Source: Candidatus Poribacteria bacterium | Lineage (GTDB): Bacteria; Poribacteria; WGA-4E; WGA-3G | Direction of reading: 5' to 3' | DNA length: 64,000 bases | Assembly: GCA_965205015.1 (NCBI GenBank) | Contig: OZ242029.1 | Location: forward strand, 2,880,001-2,944,000 | Position numbers and translations under genes: made by a program | The notes under the pieces: model-generated | Databases searched by the model: none | What the model saw: only the letters and a program-made list of their open reading frames with translations | What the model was told of the DNA's origin: nothing | Part shown: piece after piece, positions 57,815 to 64,000 of the stretch | How the letters are laid out: the number at the start of each line of letters is the position of its first letter | Position numbering within the stretch: position 1 is the stretch's first letter

Positions 57815-59125
57815 ATGATTCTTGAAAAAATAGAAACCCAGACGGCTCGCGCGGGGGTTATCGGGCTTGGATATGTAGGACTTCCGCTTACGGTTGCGAT
57901 CGCGGGGGCGGGATTCCGAGTTACAGGCATCGATATCTGTTCAGAAAAAATAGAGCGATTAAAACAGGGCATCTCCGATGTCCCCGATATCCCCGACGCA
58001 GTGCTTGCACCCCTGATTACATCCGGGCAGATTCAGGTTACAACAGACTTTTCTGTGCTACGGGAGTTGGACACAGTTAATATCTGTGTGCCGACCCCTT
58101 TAGGCGAGAACCGAACCCCCGACATGCAGTTTATCATCGCTGCAGTTCAGCAACTTGCGCAATACCTCCACCCTGAACAACTGATTATCCTCGAAAGCAC
58201 TACCTACCCGGGCACCACTGAAGAAGTTGTGTTGCCGAAACTCAACACCCGGTTTCCCGGCACCAAACAAGTAGGGCGCGATTTTTATCTCGCCTACTCA
58301 CCGGAACGGATTGAACCGGGAAATAGCACCTATTTCGTGACAAACACACCTAAAATTATCGGGGGTGTTACGCCGCGATGCACCCACATCGCGAAAACTT
58401 TCTACGCGCAGTTCATCAGTAAGACACACACAGTATCTTCACCCCGAACCGCAGAAATGGTCAAACTCTTAGAAAACACGTTTCGGAGTGTCAACATCGG
58501 CTTAATTAATGAGGTAGCCCTTATCTGTGACCGGATGGATTTGGACGTATGGGAAATCATTGACGCGGCTGCGACAAAGCCGTTTGGATTTATGCCGTTC
58601 TATCCGGGACCTGGGCTCGGCGGACACTGTATTCCAATCGATCCACATTATCTCTCTTGGAAGGCACAGATGTATCAGTACCACGCTCGGTTTATTGAAC
58701 TCGCTACCGAAATTAACAATGAGATGCCGAAATATGTGTTAGACAAGATCATCCACGCCCTGAATCTTCAACGTAAACCGTTGAATGGCGCGAAATTATT
58801 AATCTTGGGGGTCGCCTATAAAAAGGACATCGGCGATATTCGCGAATCCCCTGCACTCGAAGTAATTCGTTTAATTCTTGACAAAAAAGCGGAATTCCTA
58901 TATCATGACCCGTATATAAAAGACGTGTCTCTTGATGACTCGGAAATTTATCACTCAGCACCCCTAACAGTAGATCTCATAGAAAGTGTTGATTGTGTTG
59001 TCATCCTAACCGACCACAGTGCTATAGACTACGGCTGGCTCGTCGAGCATGCCCGACTGATTGTTGACACACGCAATGCAACGCGCAGTGTGAAGAAAGG
59101 ACAGGAAAAAATTATCAAAATTTAA
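57815..59125 (+). CDS. UDP-N-acetylhexosamine/nucleotide-sugar dehydrogenase (WbpA/WecC family)
   Basis: GLGYVGLP, CVPTP, ESTTYPGTT, SPER, KLLENTFR, GGHCIPIDP, DIRESP. Confidence 0.93.
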   Translation: MILEKIETQTARAGVIGLGYVGLPLTVAIAGAGFRVTGIDICSEKIERLKQGISDVPDIPDAVLAPLITSGQIQVTTDFSVLRELDTVNICVPTPLGENRTPDMQFIIAAVQQLAQYLHPEQLIILESTTYPGTTEEVVLPKLNTRFPGTKQVGRDFYLAYSPERIEPGNSTYFVTNTPKIIGGVTPRCTHIAKTFYAQFISKTHTVSSPRTAEMVKLLENTFRSVNIGLINEVALICDRMDLDVWEIIDAAATKPFGFMPFYPGPGLGGHCIPIDPHYLSWKAQMYQYHARFIELATEINNEMPKYVLDKIIHALNLQRKPLNGAKLLILGVAYKKDIGDIRESPALEVIRLILDKKAEFLYHDPYIKDVSLDDSEIYHSAPLTVDLIESVDCVVILTDHSAIDYGWLVEHARLIVDTRNATRSVKKGQEKIIKI

Positions 59126-59229
59126 AGGGTAGACACAAGACCTACCGCTACATTTACCATTTTCAGCGCAGCTTGTAGGTGGGAACTCCGGTTCCTGACT
59201 GCTTTGCTGTGAGAAATCGGAGCATAAGA

Positions 59230-60867
59230 ATGTCAAACCCAAATCTAAGATTTCACGTACAGCGGGACCAACTCACGTGGTTTCTCGACCTACTTTTAGA
59301 TGAAAGAGAGCTCTTTCAATTGAGTGCCTCTACCGGCATTGTCCTCGATGTGGATCGACTGTATGCCTTATCAAGGCGAGAATTACTCGTAAATTTAGCC
59401 GATGTGTTTTTGGATGTCATTGGCACAAGAAAACCTGCACTAAAAAATCCGGAAGCTTCGTTGGAAGCGCACCTTCACGAGGATCCTGAGCGTGTGGCTT
59501 CTGAAGTCAACACGTTAGTCAGCCAATTTCTTACTGAAAAAGCGCAGGCTGCGATCTCCCGAGTCGGATATATGGAAATCTCCGAAATCGAAACATTTTT
59601 CAAAACGTCTGATGTCCTCATAGAAGGCGGCGATTTTGGCGAAGTCGTCTGGGCACTTCTCACCGACCAACGAACCGCAGTCGTCGAGCATGGCTATAAA
59701 CTCCTCAACACAACATACGAATCTATAGAAGTCGCTCATACAAATGGAGGCGGGACCGTCCAGAGTATGGATCAAGTGGAAAGAATCGGCACTCAACGGG
59801 TTGACGACTCGGAAAGTGAACCGCAACCCTCGGAGACACCTGTCCAAGACCTCGAGCATCTTGAACGACAACTGGCTGACTCTAAAGCAGACTATACCTC
59901 GCTTGAGCAAAAACATAACCGATTAGATCAACAGCGTGCGCTTCTCTTAGAGGAAAACAAGGGATTGAAAACGAAAGCGGAGGAAACTCATGGAAACGAA
60001 AAACGATTGAAGGCTCTTGAACAGGAAAATCACATACTTCGTGAACAGGTAGCACAATATATTGAAAACACCGCCGAACTACAACAACTTGCCGATGACC
60101 GTCAACACCTCCTCGCTGAAAAAGAACGGATGACAGAACAACTCAGGGAATATGAACAAATTAAGGCAGCCAAGGAGACCTTTACGACTGATCTCAAGTT
60201 GGTTGAGGAGGCAGTCTACAAAGGGCATCAAGGCATCGAAGACTTTCAAACAACGCTGGACAGCCACTTCGATATTCTGGAAAACTCCCATCAGGCGGCA
60301 CGAGGGGCGTTGAATCAGATTCGTCAAACGCTTGCTTACTTGGATACCCAGCAGGAGGTCCCCGAGGGTCAGAACCTCTACAATTTGACGACCGAGCAGC
60401 CCCGTGTCGGTGTGTTCGTTGATGTTCAAAATATGTTTTATGCCGCCAAAGATCGTTTTGGACGCAGGGTCGACTACATCAAACTCCTGGATCTGATAGT
60501 CGGCCCCCGGTATCTCATGGTAGCCTATGCCTATGTCGTCCAGATACCCGAAATCAACCAATCCAGTTTCCTATCCCTTCTTGAGCACAACGGTTATACA
60601 ATTAAGAGTAAAGACCTGCGTTTGCGCGGCGACGGATCTGCAAAAGGGGACTGGGATGTCGGCATTGCAGTGGATGTCGTTTCAATGCTCGGCTCATTGG
60701 ACGTTGTTATTCTGGCAAGCGGTGATGGCGACTTTTGTCCACTTGCCGAGCTCATCAAACAACAAAATAAACGTGTGGAGGTCGTCGCTTTTGAGCATAA
60801 TACTTCCATGGATCTACAACAAATCGCGGACCAGTTCTTTCCAATCGGAGACGAGTTGCTCATCTGA
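59230..60867 (+). CDS. Coiled-coil protein with C-terminal NYN (LabA/DUF88) domain
   Basis: VFVDVQNM, KGDWDVGIAVD, LASGDGDF; long heptad-rich middle region. Confidence 0.85.
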   Translation: MSNPNLRFHVQRDQLTWFLDLLLDERELFQLSASTGIVLDVDRLYALSRRELLVNLADVFLDVIGTRKPALKNPEASLEAHLHEDPERVASEVNTLVSQFLTEKAQAAISRVGYMEISEIETFFKTSDVLIEGGDFGEVVWALLTDQRTAVVEHGYKLLNTTYESIEVAHTNGGGTVQSMDQVERIGTQRVDDSESEPQPSETPVQDLEHLERQLADSKADYTSLEQKHNRLDQQRALLLEENKGLKTKAEETHGNEKRLKALEQENHILREQVAQYIENTAELQQLADDRQHLLAEKERMTEQLREYEQIKAAKETFTTDLKLVEEAVYKGHQGIEDFQTTLDSHFDILENSHQAARGALNQIRQTLAYLDTQQEVPEGQNLYNLTTEQPRVGVFVDVQNMFYAAKDRFGRRVDYIKLLDLIVGPRYLMVAYAYVVQIPEINQSSFLSLLEHNGYTIKSKDLRLRGDGSAKGDWDVGIAVDVVSMLGSLDVVILASGDGDFCPLAELIKQQNKRVEVVAFEHNTSMDLQQIADQFFPIGDELLI

Positions 60868-61032
60868 TTTTTAATTTTTCCTTGCGGTTGAACGCCGTGT
60901 GTTTGGCACTTTGACGTGCCGTTTTCAAAGCCGCCTGCGCCGTTGTTGCAGGCTATAGGTTTGGTTTAAGGAAAGGAACGTCAAAATTCCCGAACCCAGT
61001 CGAAACGTAACCGAAAACCTGCGCGTAATGAA

Positions 61033-62469
61033 ATGGAGCGCAGTCCAGGAGCCCCACAAATTAAAAGCATTCTCTCTATCCTTTCTGTGCTTATTGTAAT
61101 AGACGCGGCGAGCGCGGAATGGTCATCCTCAGCGACAGAAAATCTTCCATTATGCACAGCGCAGAACGAACAACACTTTCCTGCCCTCGTTACCGATGGG
61201 CAAGGTGGGGCTATCGTGGCGTGGAGTGATGCCCGGCACGCGAACCGTGATATTTTCGCACAGCGCATCAGCGCAACCGGAGAGGTTCATTGGCAGGCAA
61301 ATGGCATTCCAATTTGCGACCTACCCTCTTCGCAAAGTTGGCCCCTAATTGCCAGCGATGGCGAAGGGGGTGCTATCCTCGTCTGGGGGGATACCCGGCA
61401 CGGTAATCAGGATAGTTACGCACAGCGCATCGACGCAAGTGGAAACAAATTGTGGGACCCCGAAGGTATACCGGTCTGTACGCATCCAACGTTGCAAGAC
61501 GATTTGAACGCTATTGCTGACGGTAAAGGGGGCGTAATCGTTGTGTGGGAAGATTGGCGGAATGGGAATCAGGATATCTATGCCCAAAGAATTGACGGTA
61601 CCGGAAAACCGCTGTGGGAAACGAACGGTGTACCTGTCTATAGGGGTGTTGGCGATCAGTATGATCCAGTCTTAATCGCCGATGGACAAGGGGGTGCTAT
61701 TTTCGCATGGTGGGACATCAGCACTCCGGATTGGAACATTTTCGCGCAACGGCTGTCAGCAGAGGGGAGTCCCCTGTGGAATTCAGGCGATGCCCCAGTT
61801 CCCGTCTGTACTGCCCTGGGTAACCAAGGTGCTCCGGTTGCTATTCGTGATACAAATGGCGGTGTGTTCTTCGTCTGGTCGGACTACCGTAATGACCCGA
61901 ATTTTTATACGACCGCGCAGTTATATGCACAGCACATCACCGCTGAAGGACACGCATTGTGGGAAAAGGATGGCATTCTAATCTGCGATCTATCTGTGAA
62001 CCAGCAGCAACCGTATGGTATCCCCGATGGGAGTGGTGGTTTCATCGTCGCATGGTGGGATGAACGGGATATTTTCGCTGACATCTATGCCCAACGTATT
62101 AACGGAAATGGCGAGATGTTGTGGCGCGACGAAAATTCGCAGTTCCAAGAAGGCGGTATGCCTGTCTGTACTGGGGCAGGGGTTCAACGTCTCCCCCAAC
62201 TTGTTCCTACGGGTGAGGTTGGGGAAGTCATCGTCTATTGGCTGGATTATCGCGAAGATTTCGGTGATTCGACGGAGGATGCAATCTATGCGCAGCGGCT
62301 TGATGCCGATGGGAAGCCTCTCTGGGAGATCAACGGTATTCCTGTCTGTCATGCGCCCAAAGAGCAAATTACCCCTCAAGCTATATCTACAGACGGTGAT
62401 GCTGCAATCGTCGTTTGGAGCGATGCCCGCGGACAAGATTACGACATCTATATCCAGCGTGTCCCTTAA
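61033..62469 (+). CDS. Secreted repeat protein (probable 7-bladed beta-propeller)
   Basis: Signal peptide; seven ~60-aa repeats DGxGGxIxxWxDxR...DIYAQRI...LW..GxPVC. Confidence 0.8.
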   Translation: MERSPGAPQIKSILSILSVLIVIDAASAEWSSSATENLPLCTAQNEQHFPALVTDGQGGAIVAWSDARHANRDIFAQRISATGEVHWQANGIPICDLPSSQSWPLIASDGEGGAILVWGDTRHGNQDSYAQRIDASGNKLWDPEGIPVCTHPTLQDDLNAIADGKGGVIVVWEDWRNGNQDIYAQRIDGTGKPLWETNGVPVYRGVGDQYDPVLIADGQGGAIFAWWDISTPDWNIFAQRLSAEGSPLWNSGDAPVPVCTALGNQGAPVAIRDTNGGVFFVWSDYRNDPNFYTTAQLYAQHITAEGHALWEKDGILICDLSVNQQQPYGIPDGSGGFIVAWWDERDIFADIYAQRINGNGEMLWRDENSQFQEGGMPVCTGAGVQRLPQLVPTGEVGEVIVYWLDYREDFGDSTEDAIYAQRLDADGKPLWEINGIPVCHAPKEQITPQAISTDGDAAIVVWSDARGQDYDIYIQRVP

Positions 62470-62674
62470 CGAATAAGGTTTTTAATTTATTGATTCAGGA
62501 TCGCTCGCCATTTTATTATGACGGGATTCTTGGTAAATTGTAGCCCGTAAGCGTAGCGGAGGGGTTTTTGCTTGGTGTTTTTGCTTGGGTGTTTCTGCGG
62601 ATTTCCTTTAGATATACGACAAGGAACGTTAACATTCAAACCCACCTTACCGAACCGCAAGGAAAAATTAAAAT

Positions 62675-64000
62675 ATGATAAAACGTACTCAACATGCTCC
62701 AGCAAAACGTGCAATTATTATCGGGATGGATGGTGCGAGCATGGAACTGGTCAAGAATATGATTGATTGGGGACACACCCCGAATATGGCGAAATTGCTC
62801 CAGACAGGCGTTTACCGACCGATGATCGGCGTATTTCCGACCTTGACCCCGCCAGGGTGGACTGCGCTCTCTACCGGTTCATGGCCCGGTACCCATAAGG
62901 TCATGGATTTTAATATCCGTGCGCTGGGGGAGCGTCTTGATAAAACAACGTGGGGTATCAACACGGGCTTGTGTCAATCCGAATACCTCTGGAACCTCGT
63001 GGAACGGGTCGGTGGGAAACCGATTCTGGTGAAATGGGAAATGTCTTGGCCCCCCACCGTCACAACGGGTATTCAGGTCGAGGGGACGGGACCCGGTGTC
63101 TCGAACCATCATCAGGTCGCTGGGTATCATCTTTTTGTCGCAGGAAAATGGGCATCGCGCCCTATCGGCGGACAGCGCGACCCTGAAACGCTTGATCCGA
63201 GTGCATTACAAGGGGTTCAGCACATAGATCCGGTCACGATTGAACCGATTGAGAATGGGGAATGGGAGGCTCTGCCCGATTCCACAGAACCCGTGCGGGA
63301 GGTTGTACTTACCATTCAACCCTTGGCGCGTGGCAGGGAAGATGTGATGCCTTCAGTGTATTCCAAAGATGAAGCCTCTGACGACACACGTATTCCAAAA
63401 CCGTTCTATGGATTGATTTACGCCTCTGGCGATAACGGCTATGATCGGATACGGATCTGTCGGAGCCGGTCTGGAGACGATGCCGTTGCGGACTTGGGTG
63501 TCAGTGAATGGAGCGAGTGGTGGTTGGATACATTTGAAATTGATGCGGCTGAAGTGGAAGGTTACGTCCGGATGAAACTTGTGACGCTCACCGAAACAGC
63601 GGACGCCTTTGAACTCTTCGTCCCACAAATTTGGCCCAGAGAAGGGTACACGGTTCCAAAGGCAATCGCCACTACGATTGACACTGAAATCGGCTCATTC
63701 CTTCAAAATCCGGCGCGTGATGCACTTGGACAGATGGATGATGATACCTATTTCGAGGTGCTTGACTACCACCATCAACGGCTTGCGGAGGTCGCAACGC
63801 ACCTCGCAACACATAACGATTGGGACATCCTAATGGTCGAAAGCCACGCCCCGGACTACGCCAGCCATTTTTTTCTGAGTCAAGCAGATGAAATCAGTGG
63901 TGCAGCACCAGAAACAATTCATCGGTGTCGTGAGGGCTTGCGGCGGACCTATGAATCTGTGGATCGGATGATTGGGAGCCTGATGGAACAAACCGATGAA
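62675..64000 (+). CDS. Alkaline phosphatase superfamily (type I phosphodiesterase/nucleotide pyrophosphatase), 3'-truncated by the window edge
   Basis: ATG 62675: ...AIIIGMDGAS...TPNMAKL...FPTLTPPGWTALSTGSWPGTH; missing from the ORF track because there is no stop in the window. Confidence 0.85.
   Translation, partial: MIKRTQHAPAKRAIIIGMDGASMELVKNMIDWGHTPNMAKLLQTGVYRPMIGVFPTLTPPGWTALSTGSWPGTHKVMDFNIRALGERLDKTTWGINTGLCQSEYLWNLVERVGGKPILVKWEMSWPPTVTTGIQVEGTGPGVSNHHQVAGYHLFVAGKWASRPIGGQRDPETLDPSALQGVQHIDPVTIEPIENGEWEALPDSTEPVREVVLTIQPLARGREDVMPSVYSKDEASDDTRIPKPFYGLIYASGDNGYDRIRICRSRSGDDAVADLGVSEWSEWWLDTFEIDAAEVEGYVRMKLVTLTETADAFELFVPQIWPREGYTVPKAIATTIDTEIGSFLQNPARDALGQMDDDTYFEVLDYHHQRLAEVATHLATHNDWDILMVESHAPDYASHFFLSQADEISGAAPETIHRCREGLRRTYESVDRMIGSLMEQTDE

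Noticed and set aside
1-64000. tRNA, rRNA or riboswitch genes
   Set aside because: None recognised by eye; a tRNAscan-SE/Infernal search would be needed to exclude them formally.

Overview
Bacterial genomic window. It is most likely from Candidatus Poribacteria; this is an inference from three secreted LamG-like proteins ending in VEAxGKLAxTWGxLK and from the many short palindromic repeats. Two defence-rich blocks sit among housekeeping, transport and envelope genes. (1) 1-8.8 kb: a large TPR-like protein whose C-terminus looks like a fused antitoxin, coupled to a PIN/VapC toxin, then a type III-like Mod/Res pair and a Schlafen/AlbA-type protein. (2) 39.2-54.1 kb (minus strand): an SNF2 helicase-DUF3883 / DUF1156 methyltransferase / DUF499 ATPase system (Hma-like or BREX-related). 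It carries six embedded cargo genes: an MNT-HEPN fusion, a large PIN-like protein, a GIY-YIG/T5orf172-like protein, an Abi-alpha-like protein, an HNH protein and an unknown. The helicase and the methyltransferase each have their own sigma70-like promoter. Other content: kdsB-pyrG-two larA-like genes-TRAP dctQM, partial liv and nucleoside ABC transporters, glpD with an apparent ATC start, wza/wzc, an intact IS4-family element (21-bp TIR, 11-bp TSD), heptose and nucleotide-sugar genes, and several miniature repeat families. One 121-bp element sits in frame inside a permease gene, and another family repeatedly abuts start and stop codons. No rRNA, tRNA or CRISPR array was recognised. All family assignments come from motif recognition by eye; no database search was run.
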